Assembly: GCF_000315625.1 (NCBI RefSeq)
Contig: NW_005434544.1
Span: 51,400-115,399 of the forward strand
Direction of reading: 5' to 3'
Source: Guillardia theta CCMP2712
Lineage: Eukaryota > Protista > Cryptophyta
Length of the DNA: 64,000 bases
Position numbers and translations under genes: made by a program. Positions 38,515-50,826 of the stretch are shown in pieces; position 1 is the first letter of the stretch; every line of letters starts with the position of its first letter. The notes below the pieces were generated by a model, which saw nothing but the letters and a program-made list of their open reading frames with translations, searched no databases and was not told where the DNA came from.

Positions 38515-38616
38515 CCTCCTCCTGCTCCTCCTGCTCCTCCTGCTCCTCCTGCTCCTCCTGCTCCTCCTGCTCCTCCTGCTCCTCCTGCTCCTCCTGCTCC
38601 TCCTGCTCCTCCTGCT
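38515..38616. repeat. (CCTCCTGCT)n 9-bp tandem repeat
   Basis: About 11 perfect units. Confidence 0.95.
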
Positions 38617-39403
38617 CTTGCATCCACAGCTCAGCTGTTTTGTTCACTCCCTTCTTGTGTTTCCTGCTTCTGGTTAGTCCTGGACGTGAAATTGCTCCTT
38701 CGGCTCATCCTGGTTTGGAAATTCTGTTCCGCTTGTCCTGCGTTTCCATCTCATCGGGGTGTTGCCCTCCTCTTCCTCTGAATTCATTTTGGATTATGTG
38801 TTCTGCTGCTCCTGTCCAGAAATGTCTGCACTTCTGCTAGTGTTGGAAACCTTTGTTTCAACGACTGGCTGTAATTGTCTTTACCTAACTTCTAGCGTAA
38901 CTGATCGAATCATGAATTTCAAACTTTCACATGTCAACATCGATTATGTTGCAGTGTCTGAGGAGTTTGTCTGTATAGATTGAGTTTGAGCAGTCACAGG
39001 CATTGCTAGCAGATTCATCCCTTGTGTGATCTAGCTGATTTGCTTTCCCAGGATAATTTCTTGGGGAATCCCACACGCATCTGCCGAATAGCATGGTGGG
39101 ATTTCTTGCATACTCCATTGGTGTTGGGACGGGTTACTGTTTCACATTCTCTTGACCGTCATTGATCTACCATGTCCCTGTGAAACCATGACAGAATAAG
39201 AGCCTTGTTCGTTTCATTAGATTGAAGACCCTGTCTGTTGCATGGTGGAGATCAAGCTCGAGAGGTGAACAGTGGAACTGGTTGGTAAAATGCTCATCAG
39301 ACGGGGCTTTCTCGTAGTCGATGTGAGCGAATAGAGGGTTGTAGCTTTATGCCGTTGATGTAAGGTTGTCGACAAATACTGATCTGAATAAGTTCTTGTC
39401 GCA

Positions 39404-42400
39404 ATGCCGGAAGTCAACATGGATAAAGTTGACGAGGAGGAGGATGAGAGACATGCCGAAGAAAGCCTCACAGAAGACGTCACCGAAACCGCTACTCCTC
39501 GTAAAGGCCGGATCAGTTCTTTCTTCAGGCTCAATTTCAACCTCAAGCCGCAAGAAACGATGAGCAGCTTTCCCGAAAATGAAGCTGCAGAGCTCGATTT
39601 GTATTGCCAGCTCGATGAAAAAGACTTAAACAAAAAGATCGAGAAGCTTCCTTTCCTCATCTTTCATCCACGAGCTGCTTGGAGACTTTTGTGGGATTTC
39701 ATGATCTTTGTAATCCTGATCTATACTTTCTGTGCTGTACCGATAAGATTTGCATTTTCTGACTCCACGCCAGACTGCGAGACTGGATTCTTGCAACAGG
39801 GTTTCATGTTTTCTTCGATTGCATCATTGATTTGATCTTCATCATAGACGTCTTTTTGAATTTCCGAACGGCCTTTGTCATTCCAGCCTCAAACCGTCGT
39901 GGCACGACGAAAGATCAATTGGTGGGCGATTGGAGAAAAATTGCCAAACGCTACATGACAGGTTTCTTCATTGTTGATATCATCTGCAGCATACCGATGG
40001 ACTTTATTTTGTACATGACATGTGACCACACGTCTACTTCGTATGGGGGGTACAGAGGACCCCAGGCTATCAAATTCATCCGCATTTTGAGAGTCCTGAG
40101 GCTCTCGAAACATACTCGGATGAAAGAAATTCAACTTTGGGTCAGAGACAAGCTTCGTATACACCCTGGTTGGCTGAGACTGATCTTTTTTGTATTGGGT
40201 GTCTTGCTAATTGCTCATTGGAATGCTTGTATCTTTTTCTTCCTTGGCAAACAGGCGGTGGCCTTGGATTTGGATCATAACGTAAATGTGACCAGCTCAT
40301 CATATTGTGAGATAGTTGAACATGTTTCCTTCTTAACCGACCAAACATTTGCTACGGCGATTGGAGTCTCAAGCAATCCAGTATGCGTTTACGACATGGT
40401 TTGGTACGAGCAATACCTGATTGCATTTTATTGGTCGACATGTACGATGACAACTGTTGGTTACGGCGACATCACTCCAGCAAATGTGTATGAGATGAGC
40501 TTTACAGTGGTTGTCCTTCTTGAAGCAGGGTTGGCATTTTCGTACATGATCGGAAACATGTCCAACTTGCTAGATAGGATCAATCCCCGCAAAGGCACAT
40601 ATCGTGACATCATGACAGAACTGGAGGACTTCATTCACAGAGAAAAGTTAGCTCCGACCCTTGCAGAAAGGCTGAGGTCGTACTGGACGTACAAATACAA
40701 TCACCCGATGTCGAGCCTGCCGCAGTTTGCAAAGGAGAACCTTTCCAAGTCATTGCTCAAGGACATTACTGCGCACATCTACAGAAAGATCCTTCAGCGC
40801 CTTCCCCTCTTCAAACGGCTCGACGACTTTGTCATCACTGACCTGGCACTTGCTTTGAACCCACTGCAGCTCGCGCCCCACACCTTTGTATACCGAGAGG
40901 ATGACATCGGGGACTCGATGTACTTTGTGTCAAGTGGACAAGTTGAGATGTCGATCTTCTTGCTGTCACTGCAGAAGAAGAAGGAAATCTCACTGAAAGT
41001 GGTCGCTGACACATCGTACAAGACTTTGAATCAGAAGCCAGAGAACAATGGAGACATTGTCTTCACGTGGAAAGGACATCGCAAGTTCATGAAGTCTAAC
41101 AGATATCAACCCATGGTGAATCAGTCTCTACCATTCTTCACGCTGTCCTTGATGATCGTCCGCAGATGTTCAAGTGGACTGTAGATGAAGAGCGTGTCGT
41201 GAGTTATTTCGGAGAGAACGTGCTGACAGGGAACTCGGCAAGGCGGCTCTCTACAGCACAAACCAAGACCTGGTCAGACTGCTTGTGGGAGGTTTGTGCT
41301 GGCTAACGAGGAGTAGGTGTCAACTGTTTCAGCTGAAGAGAGACGCGTTGAGGACAGTCGCTTCCAAGCACAGGGGCATGATGGAGGTGTACCAGACGAT
41401 GAAGAAGTCAAGGCACTCGCGACTGCTGAGGGCCCTTAGGATGATCCTCCTGTGCAACAGAGCCAAGTGAGCCCCTCCTGCCTGTTGCAGCCTCAACTGA
41501 CAGTCAACGACCAGGTGGATCTCAGGCGTTAAACTGTTTGTTACTGTAGATAGAGCTGTTAACCTCCCGAGAATGGACGGAATCCTCGGCTCCTGCGACG
41601 CCTACTGCTGCATACGCTTGGGAACTCCGGAGCCGCGCAGCAAGGAGTATCAGACTCTAGTCCAGTATAACAAGGTCGGCCTCCCTTGCAGCTTCTTGTG
41701 CGGGACTCACGCCAGTCTCAGATGAGCCCCGTGTGGAATGAGACGTTCGCATTCGTCATCGACTTTGCGCAGGAGTTCTCCAGTCAGGGCTTCCCAGTCA
41801 GGCTCTACTTCTCCCTAAAGGACTTTGACGTGTTCGGAGAAAACGACGACATTGGTTACTGCGCGGTGAGAGCATGTGAGCAGTTTCATACAGCGACTTA
41901 TGGCAGGGAGCAGATTGACGTGTCGTCGTTGCTGAAGCGCTGTTTGCATCTCAATGCTACTCAGACGGACTCGAAGTGGGTGGGGCTGAAGAAAGATGGC
42001 GGCGATGGGAAGATGAAGAACGTGGTGGGTCAGAACTTCAAACGAGCGAAGGTCCGTGTGGCAGTGTAATCGGTTCTCAGAGAGTTGAGGTGACTTCTTT
42101 GTGCAGATGAGAATTGAATTGAAAGTAGTTCCTGCCAAGAACATGAGCGAAGCGTCATCGATTCATCCGTAATACGACCTGATTGTCAAACTTGCTGGAA
42201 AGCTGAACTTCTGCTCCAGGGAGATCTCACCAGACAAACTGAGCAACAGAATAGCAGAAGAAGGTTCATTGAGTGTTGAGAGACGAGAGCCATGTCTTGA
42301 TGTGTTGCAGGCGAATTCGTTGAGAACGATGATGCTTATGAGCCCCCGCCTCTGCCTCTCTCTGTTCCCCTGTCTCCTGAACCCAACGATCTCGACGACA

Positions 42401-43169
42401 AGATGCCGTTTAGGAACACTTTGACGCGGGTTGGCAGGTAGACCTTTCTCTTGCTCTCTTGCAACATGCCGCTAAGTTGCTGCTCACAGTGACCTCTCGA
42501 CCGTCTCATCCGAGCTTGACCGTGATCTCAGCACGACCGATCTCACGCAACTTGTACGGAGCTGCTCTCTGATTGATGTAAACGTGACGACCCGGCTTGC
42601 AGGACGCTAACGCGGAGGCACATAGAGACATCATGGAGTCCGACGACAAACTGATCATGTTGGCTGAGATTAGTCAGATGAACCAGAGGTCGCTACTGCC
42701 CTTCCCCAACGGTACGTGAGATCTGGGGTACGTCCAGCATGACTCACGTACGATCGCAACAGATGAGAACAGGGTGCCGGACCAAGCTCTTCCTCTGGCT
42801 GACCCTGACGAGACTGAGGAAGTGCCCAGCATGGGTTTGCAGGAGAAGCACGACCATGTGGGAGAGCACACAATCAATGTCTCAGCCGCGCAGAGGAAGC
42901 TGATGAACAGGTGAGGGTACATGGAGGTGAGGCCTTTGCGAGTGATGGGCGCCTCCAGGTTAGCTGCAGCTCTAGCGAGAGAGCGCCAGCAGCACGAGGC
43001 AGAGATCTCGGCGCTTGAAATGCAAGTCAAGGTGAGCCCTCGACCTCCTCTACTGGAAACTTTATTGACCATCATTCCATCACAACAGAAGCTAAAGAAA
43101 GACCTGAAAGATGTTGTGGAACAATATCACAAGACTGTAAATATTCCCCCAAACCAACCGACCCTGTAA
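39404..43169 (+). CDS. 6-TM CNBD-family K+ channel (KCNH/HCN-like) with C-terminal C2 domain; apparent frameshift near 39781
   Basis: HP...WRLLWD, IDVFLNFRTAF, S4 KFIRILRVLRLSK, AHWNAC, pore YWSTCTMTTVGYGD, C-linker, CNBD MYFVSSGQV..YFGE..RRLSTA, C2 VDRAVNLPRMD..SCDAYC..PVWNETF..DFDVFGENDDIG. Confidence 0.9.
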
Positions 43170-44967
43170 TAAATATGAATTGTACTCTCTACATCATTTA
43201 CGTCCACACATCATAGCAGTACCTTTATCGCTATCATGTGATACGGCAGCAGCTACATGCGCTTCTGTCATGTAGTCTAGAAATCTATAACATCTTTTGC
43301 AGTGTCATGTGCTCATAAAGCATCTGTCATGTAGTCTAGACATCTACAGCTTGTCGTGCTCATTCCTTCTTCCTGACAAAAGATTGACAGCGATGGTTCT
43401 GGGATGAGCACGAAAGGGAGTGATTTCGTGAGCTCAATTTTTAAAAGAAGTTCTATAAGGGTAACTTTTGAATTTTTCACTAAATTTTCAATAAATCATA
43501 TAGAGATTTCGGAACCTGTGGAAACAAAAGAAAAGAAGTTTACTACCTGATTCTCACCACCCTACCCCTTGGCTCACCCCAATCGTAATTTTCACCTACC
43601 CCTCATCTCGAATTCAAAAATCTTTAGTACCCGACATGAAAAGCATGAAAGTACCGGTCCTTCATGTACCCCTCAATCCCCAAGGCACAAAAAAAATCTC
43701 CACCCCCTCCTTGTTCCCTGCAAAACTCGTGGCTCGTGAAAGACCCCATGGTCAACATTCCTTTGCGGTCAGAAAGGGGGGTACTCATATCAACCCCTTG
43801 GATCTGAGGACCCGTCTCGGTACAACCTTGTTTGAGAGGACCCACCCCATGTCACCCCCATTCTTTGCGATGTCCATAAGTACCCCACAATTTATGGTTA
43901 TTTGCACGGGTACTTGGAGCATTGGTGTTCCTCTACCAACCTGAAAATCTTGACTACCCAAGGGGCTGACTACCCCACCCTACGATTCCGAAATGTCCAA
44001 TATAGCTACTCAAACTAAAACCCTAAAATGTATCTTGATTCTTTCTAAATATAAGCTGGGGGTAGGGGTGGTATGGGTAGGGGTCATTTGTATATGAACA
44101 ATCGTGTTATGGAAGGGGTGGGTACATGTCCCCCGTTTTCGAGAGGGTGACAGAAGTCACCCCACCCAAGAAGGGGCATGTTGACCATTGACCCATAACC
44201 CCTCCCATTTACTTAACTTCGAATTTCACCCCTTCAAAAGTACCCCTACCCCTGCGGTCTGAGGACATTATTTGTCATGACCCTCAAATAGAAGATCTAT
44301 GACCCTATCTTTGGTAGTCAACAGGGCCATACTCAACTACCCCCTACCCCACAATCCATTACCACCCGGTCGTAGAACAATGGCTAAGATCACCCCACCC
44401 CGAACTGGCCCCTCAACCAAGTACCCCTACCCCCAGCTTGAATTTTGTCCTGCTGCCAACTCCTCCAGCCCTCGTCCAGCCCCATCCTGTCCCCCCCTCC
44501 TCTCGTCCTCCTCCCCTTCCTCCTCCCCTTGTCTCTCACTACCCCCCTCTACCTCTCCCACTGACCCCCTTTACTACCTACCATCCCAACCTCTGCCTGC
44601 TCCCTGCTCTTTCTTTCTCCTTTCTCACATCCTTCATTACCGGCATAGTCCTTCCTTTGGCTTCTTCAGGTTGTTACCAGGCTGCGTGAGTGCGGTTTTT
44701 GCTTTGTTCGTCCTTTCTGGTTCTCCCGTTGCAAGTAGCTTGACTGAACTTCAAGTCACACTCAGTCAAACTTCGTTTCACAGCACTGGCTGCTCGCAAT
44801 TGTAAAACATTGTTGCGCAACATTAACAAATTGAGAATTTTGCCCTCCTTTACATTTCTTGAAAATATTTTCGGTTTTTTTTTTTTTGCTGAATTACAGT
44901 GAGGATTTCTTCTGCATCCTGTAGTTGAAAGCTTCTTTGTGTTCTGTTGCTCTTGTTGCAACAAACG

Positions 44968-45939
44968 ATGAGTTCCCGTGCAAACTGCGAGGCTTCAATA
45001 GTCTCCCCCTTACAACCAAGCTCCGTGGGTGATACCGTACTGATGAGTGCCGCTTGTGCCAATGAGGGCAGAGAAAGCCTTTCCTTCGCAAAGGTTGTGG
45101 AGGCAGAAACCCAGAAGTTTGTTCATGATGCACGTTTCACCAAGGGGATAGTGCGGTACAAGGATCTAAAGGATCATATGAAGAACATGCAAAAGGCTAA
45201 GTATGCAGCGCAGCTGCCGGAGCGTCGGTCAAGGTTCTTGAATGAGGAGTGTTCAATCTGCCTGGAGACTCTCGGCCCGGCCTCTGATGTAACGCAGACA
45301 GCTTGCAAGCACATGTTTCATACTTTCTGTCTGGTTGAAACTTTGGGAAACGGAATCTGCACGTCTTGCCCTCTGTGTAGAACTGAGGTGGAGAAGTTGG
45401 TTCCTGGAGGAATTGATGGTCAGTCCCTCAAGCTGATCGCAAAGCTCAGGATCAACATTGACGCTGCACAGTGGTGCCACAAGTCCATATTGGATGAGAT
45501 TCAGGCGAAGGCCTCGTCCTGCCAACAACAGCTGGAGTCGGTGTGGGTGAGGAAGTACGTCCCCTTCACCGGGCAGAAGCGCAAGAAACTCCGGCAGCAG
45601 ATTCAGTCGCTGATTGATCAGCTCGAGCTCCTCGTGCGCTTCAGCGGGATCAACGTGAAGGGTTTCACGAAGATCTGCCAGAAGATCGAGAAGAAGCTGA
45701 GCCACGGCCTTGCGGCAAACATCATGGAGAAGTATGTTAAGAAGATGCCCTACTACTTGGATTGTGCCGAGGATGGAAACGGGATCGCGCATGCTCTCGG
45801 GGAGGAATTGAGGAGGATGTTGCAGGAGGTGGGTGGCAAAGCGGATGAAGATGAAGTGACTGTCGGGTGTTCAGCGTTGTCGTTGCTGATGAAGGGAGAC
45901 AAGCACAGGTCACATCCCAACCAAATGCTCAACATGTAA
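44968..45939 (+). CDS. SPX-domain protein with internal RING-H2 finger (putative E3 ligase), intronless
   Basis: SPX N-part LSFAK...VRYKDLKD; RING CSICLE..TACKHMFHTFCL..CPLCR; SPX C-part LVRFSGINVKGFTKICQKIEKK. Confidence 0.85.
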   Translation: MSSRANCEASIVSPLQPSSVGDTVLMSAACANEGRESLSFAKVVEAETQKFVHDARFTKGIVRYKDLKDHMKNMQKAKYAAQLPERRSRFLNEECSICLETLGPASDVTQTACKHMFHTFCLVETLGNGICTSCPLCRTEVEKLVPGGIDGQSLKLIAKLRINIDAAQWCHKSILDEIQAKASSCQQQLESVWVRKYVPFTGQKRKKLRQQIQSLIDQLELLVRFSGINVKGFTKICQKIEKKLSHGLAANIMEKYVKKMPYYLDCAEDGNGIAHALGEELRRMLQEVGGKADEDEVTVGCSALSLLMKGDKHRSHPNQMLNM

Positions 45940-46070
45940 AGTTAATGTTCGCATCGCATGCTATCTGTGAGGTTAGAAATGTATTTTGGATCGACTGGAA
46001 GGTAACATTAGTAGAGCGATATTTGACCCTTTTTTTTCTCAAAATGAAAAATTATGATGACTACCTTGGA

Positions 46071-47709
46071 CTACTTTGCCTTTGCCTGACTCACAAGCAT
46101 GGAGATCGACTTGTTGTCACCGCTCAGATGGAATTCCCTGTCAAGGTTTGAGTCAGGAGCAGAGCCTTGCTCTTCGTTGCAGTCAGGCTCACCGTGCTGC
46201 CTTGACGACATGGCACATACCAGGCGTCAAAGTCTGCTGCTCCCCTGCATCCGACAACTACAAAGGAGCTCGTCAAACTACGTTACGGTCTCTTCCGTCG
46301 TCTGACCGCACAAGTCCCTTCCAGCTGATACACGAACGTGTCGCCCTTCCGCTGATATTCATGTGGTTTGTCTTTGCTCGGACCAACAAGGTGAATCTGA
46401 AGAAAATCAGTCAGAACAGCTGAGGATAAGAAAGGCAGGCAGGCAGCTGAGGTTGACAACAAGCAATGATGAGCAGCATACACCTAAATCAAGCACACTG
46501 CTACGTTTGAGCATGGTCTCACCGAGAATTCTTTATCAGGGTGCGACAAGTGTTGCATTATGTCCAGTTGCTGTCAGGGAGCATGCTCCAGTCACAGAGC
46601 AGAACATCAAAGAGGCGTTGAGCAGAGCAGAGCAGAGCAGAGGAAATACGTTTCCAAGCAGCAAGTGCTCCCGCTGGGAGGATAGGATAGCGAAGAGGTC
46701 TTGGGGCGCTGGCACTTGTATCTCAGTATCGTCTTGGATCAGCTCAGGAGTTGGGCAGCTAGTCGCTGTTGTCTGATGGGAATGGTACTCCTCAGATCTC
46801 AGGTATTCCTCAACCACAGGAACGAGGTCTTTCCCAAGGTCCTCGCACCTGCTCCAGAGTTGAGATAGTCTATGCACCTCTGAAGATGCCCCTTCAAAGT
46901 CTCTCCGCCCCTACTCCTTCTCTTCCTCCTGTCGCAATAGTCTTCCTTCCTGCCCCCCTACCTTCCTGGCCACTCCTTCCTGTAAACCTAATGTCGCACG
47001 ATGCTCCCATTTTCTCCTTCCATTCCCACTTGCTCTTCACGCACCTGAAATATCTCTGGAACAGAATCTCGTCGCACTTGTCAAAGTCCTTGTACCACCG
47101 TAGGCAGTCCATCTCCCCTTCCTCCCTGACCCTCTCGATCACCAGCCCAACCGTGTCGGCCTTCCGCTGAGGGGAGTGCGGGACTCTGGGAGGGAGAATG
47201 AAGATGTGGCCTTCGGGGATGATGACGTCTTCTCGCCTGCCTCGTTGGACTGTCGGGAGCATCATCTGCCCCTTGATCTGAAAAAAGAACTCGCCTCCCT
47301 GTTTGCATAATGAGAGACATCAGGCCGAGGTGAAGGATCGCAAACAGAGTAGAAGAGCAAAGAAAGTCACGGAACCAGAACAATCGTGAAGCTCAGACGT
47401 TAAGTCAGATCTTCGACAGCAGCAGAATAGGAAGCTAAGAGACATGAGAGCGGGAGGAGCCGGTGGTGGGCAGATTGGCGGGAGGGGGGAGGGGGGGCGA
47501 GGGAGCAGATTGGGGGAGGAAGGGGAGGGGGACGGACTGGAGGAGGAGGGAAACTTTGTGCTCACTTCTTCGACATGGAAGTCGGTCCTCTGGTTCGGGC
47601 CTCCGACGATCATGATACTGAGCTGCTGCTTGTGCATGAGGATGTTGCAGATCGGAGGACGCAACTTCTCCTCCCGCTCCTTCACCCATGCTGCCAACTC
47701 TACCGCCAT
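46071..47709 (-). CDS. HAAO: 3-hydroxyanthranilate 3,4-dioxygenase, two-domain type, multi-exon
   Basis: LRPPICN, IVGGPNQRTDFH, EFFFQIKG.M, LPPRVPHSPQR, GLVIER, DCLRWY, F.C.DLG; followed by additional C-terminal exons. Confidence 0.95.
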
Positions 47710-48894
47710 GGATTCTTTGTGGACAGAGTCGTCGTTCTCAGTATGATCATGCCGCCCGGCCGCCGGGGCCCTGACCCGACGGGCCCCGGCGGCGGTGGCC
47801 GGCAGGCCGGCGCCGGCCGGGCCCGGCCCGTGCGAGTCATCTTTTGCCACACAAGTCAGGCTGAGTCGAAGAGACATAGAGCAATCAGCTTTATATGGAG
47901 GTTAGCTGACATACCCCAGTGACGAAATGGACCCCTCTTAATGATCTATAAACCACCGGTACTCGCTGCTGTTGTACTACGGATAGGCGGCTAGCTAGCA
48001 GGCTTTCAGACCCTCCACCCCCACCCCCATTCAATCTTTTAAAAGTACCGGTGCGATATGGGAAGGGTTGGCCCGCCTTGAACGTGAGCCGACTACCCCA
48101 CACCCTTTTGGTCACATGTACCCCCTTAATTCATGGGAAGTGTACCGGTGGACAAGGAGCAATATGAGGGCTGGCCCGCTACCTTGTTTCTCGTGCTTAA
48201 CGGGGGCCGTGCGGGGGCCATGGCAAGAGACGGAGGGGGAGGAGGAGGGGGAGGAAGGGGAGGAGGCGGCGAGAATGGGAGGGAGAGAGATGAGAATAAG
48301 CATGATCAAAGGAGGAGGAAGACGATGAGAGGAAGAAGAGTGGTGCTGCTGATGGTGCTGCAACGGTAGCGTTGAAAATGAGCGCGAATGGTACCTTGAG
48401 CGTTGAATGCACTAGGGTGGTTGTTGAAGGAGGAAGCAGTAAGAGAAGGGAGCAGACGACGATATGTATGCCCATAAAACTATCATCGGAAGGATCGCCA
48501 CTGATCTCGAATGATTTCCAAGAGTTTCAGAGGCGCCATAACTCGAGCAGGTTTAAGTTGAGGGATGGGGTGTAAGGAGCAACCGCATTGAAAAGAGAGA
48601 GCGACGAAGATAGCTGAGAGCCAGGACGGGCATACCTTGGCAGAGACACACAATAAGACAGTCAGGGTAGAGATAAGGAGGCAGAGAGGAGAGAGAAGAG
48701 GGCGATTGAGGTCACATCAGGACAAGTCTTGTTGTCCTGCTGCGTTCTGACCGCTGTCTGCCTGCAGGGAGAGCTACATCAATCTCTTCTCTTCTTCCTT
48801 CCTCGACCTGCTGCTGCCTGCGTGATCGTAAGGAACTCGAGCTGTTCACTGCCCGCTCCCGCCCGGACCTCACTGTCAGACCCCCCCCTCCATC

Positions 48895-50323
48895 ATGAAT
48901 ATTATCGCTCTCCTCTTCGGGATACTAGTCTTCTTCATCGCGGCTTCCAGCGCGCATGTCGCCTCCCCCCCCTCGAGTCAGCTGGCTTCCTCCATCAACG
49001 CCGCCATGGTTGCTGTGGTCGTTGGTTCGTTCGCGGCGATCTGGATGCGGATGAAGCAGCAGGAGCCCGCGGCAGCTGTGGAGGTGCTGCGGGAAGAGAA
49101 GACCTTCTACGTCATGACCAAGAGGAGGAAGGAGGTAGAGGAGAAGCTCTCTACGATGAGGCGCGATGGCAGGGAGTCTGTGCTGGTGGTGGCCGACTTC
49201 GATATGACCCTGACCTCTTTCCTCATGCCCGACGGCTCTCGGGGCATGTCCACCCACGGCATGCTGGAGCGCTCGGGCTACTTCGGGGAGGCGTTCACGA
49301 CCCGGGCCAAGGACATCTTCAACCGGTTCTACCCCATCGAGGTCGACCCGAACCTCGACTGGGACTCTAAGTTCGCCGCCATGTCCGAGTGGTGGGAGAC
49401 TACCCACAAGCTCATAGTCGAGCAGGAGGTCACTAAGAAGGACATCGCTGCTTGCGTCAAGGCAGGACACTTCAGGTTCAGGGAGGGAGTCCCCGAGCTC
49501 CTGGCCCAGCTCAAGGAGCGCGAAGTTCCCATCCTCGTCTTCTCGGCTGGGATTGCGGACGTGCTGGAAGAGATCTTCAAGCAGCGGCTGGGGCTGGAGG
49601 GACTCCCGATCATCTCGAACAAGATGAAGTTCGACGAGGAGGGGAAGCTGGTCGGGTTCGAGAACAACACCATCCACATCATGAACAAGGGAGCCGTCGC
49701 CCTCGAGGGACAAAACCTCGAGCTCGTCAAGGACAAGTCCAACGTCATCCTCCTGGGTCTGTCCCTCCCTCCCTCCCTCCCTCCCCTCAGGCTCTCCAGA
49801 ACTCCTGCGTCCTTTGTTGCCTCTTCTCCTTTCCTTCTCCTGCTCTTTCACCCCAAAGCACCATCCCTCTTCTTTCCCACACCCCCTCCCTCCGTCCTCG
49901 TTACCCTCATTGTCCTGCAGGAGACAGCCTGGGCGACCTTCGCATGGCTGACGGCCTGCCTAACAAGCAGCAGGTGAGGAGGGACGGAAGGAACACAGAA
50001 AGAAGTGACGTGGCTCTAGGTTCTCAAGATCGGCTTCCTCAACGATAAGATCGAGGAGAGGAAGGAGGAATACCTCGAGAAGTGAGATCCTCCCTCCATC
50101 CCTCAGACCTCTCTCCTCCCTTCCCCCCTCCCCCTCTCCCTCCCCCTCCCCCTCCCCCTTCTCCTCCTGCCGTTCCTCCTCTGCCTCCTCTGCCTCTCGT
50201 CGGCATGTACCTTTCCTCTCTCACTCTTCTCACTCGCGCTCTCTTGTCAGGTTCGACGTTGTCATCGTCAACGACGGGCCCATGACGGCTGTCAACGAGC
50301 TGCTCGCTCCCATCTTCGCCTGA
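48895..50323 (+). CDS. NT5C3: Pyrimidine 5'-nucleotidase (UMPH-1 / cN-III, HAD family) with hydrophobic N-terminus
   Basis: VVADFDMTLT, STHG, FYPIEVDP, MSEWW, FREG, VFSAG, IISNKM.F, NK, VILLGDSLGDL.M, IGFLN. Confidence 0.92.
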
Positions 50324-50826
50324 GAGGTGCAGCTGATCTAGAGCTGAGAAGTTTGCGGCCTAGGAGGAGACCTGCTGGGGTAGACGCGTGTAGTATAGCT
50401 GAGAGAGAGCTAGAGTATTCTTTGCATGAGAGAGTTGAACATCTCTTAAAGAGTTGTATACAAGAAGTGATACCAACAGATGTCCGATGCCATCAGGCCA
50501 GCAATCGCAACGTTTAGCGTGCCAAACGCGTTTGGCATTCACCTGGAAAATGCTGGAGGGAAGACCCGGAGGGAGTTTGGATGTTGTGAATGAACACGCA
50601 AGGTGAAGAAGCAAAGGGAGGGAGAGAGGGTGAGTGGGGGAGGGAGAGGGGCAGGAGTCCGGCAAATAGGGTTGAAAAGAAATATATCTTCATCTGTCAT
50701 CAACAAGCCTGTTGCCCTTACAAGCCTTTAAGGTTACATGTCTCATCACACTAACTTACACGTCATGATTCGCCTCTCACAACCAGCTCCGCCCCCCAAC
50801 GTCCTCCAGCCTCACAAGCGGCACCC

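Noticed and set aside
38515-38616. CRISPR-like array
   Set aside because: Pure 9-bp microsatellite without spacers; eukaryotic context.
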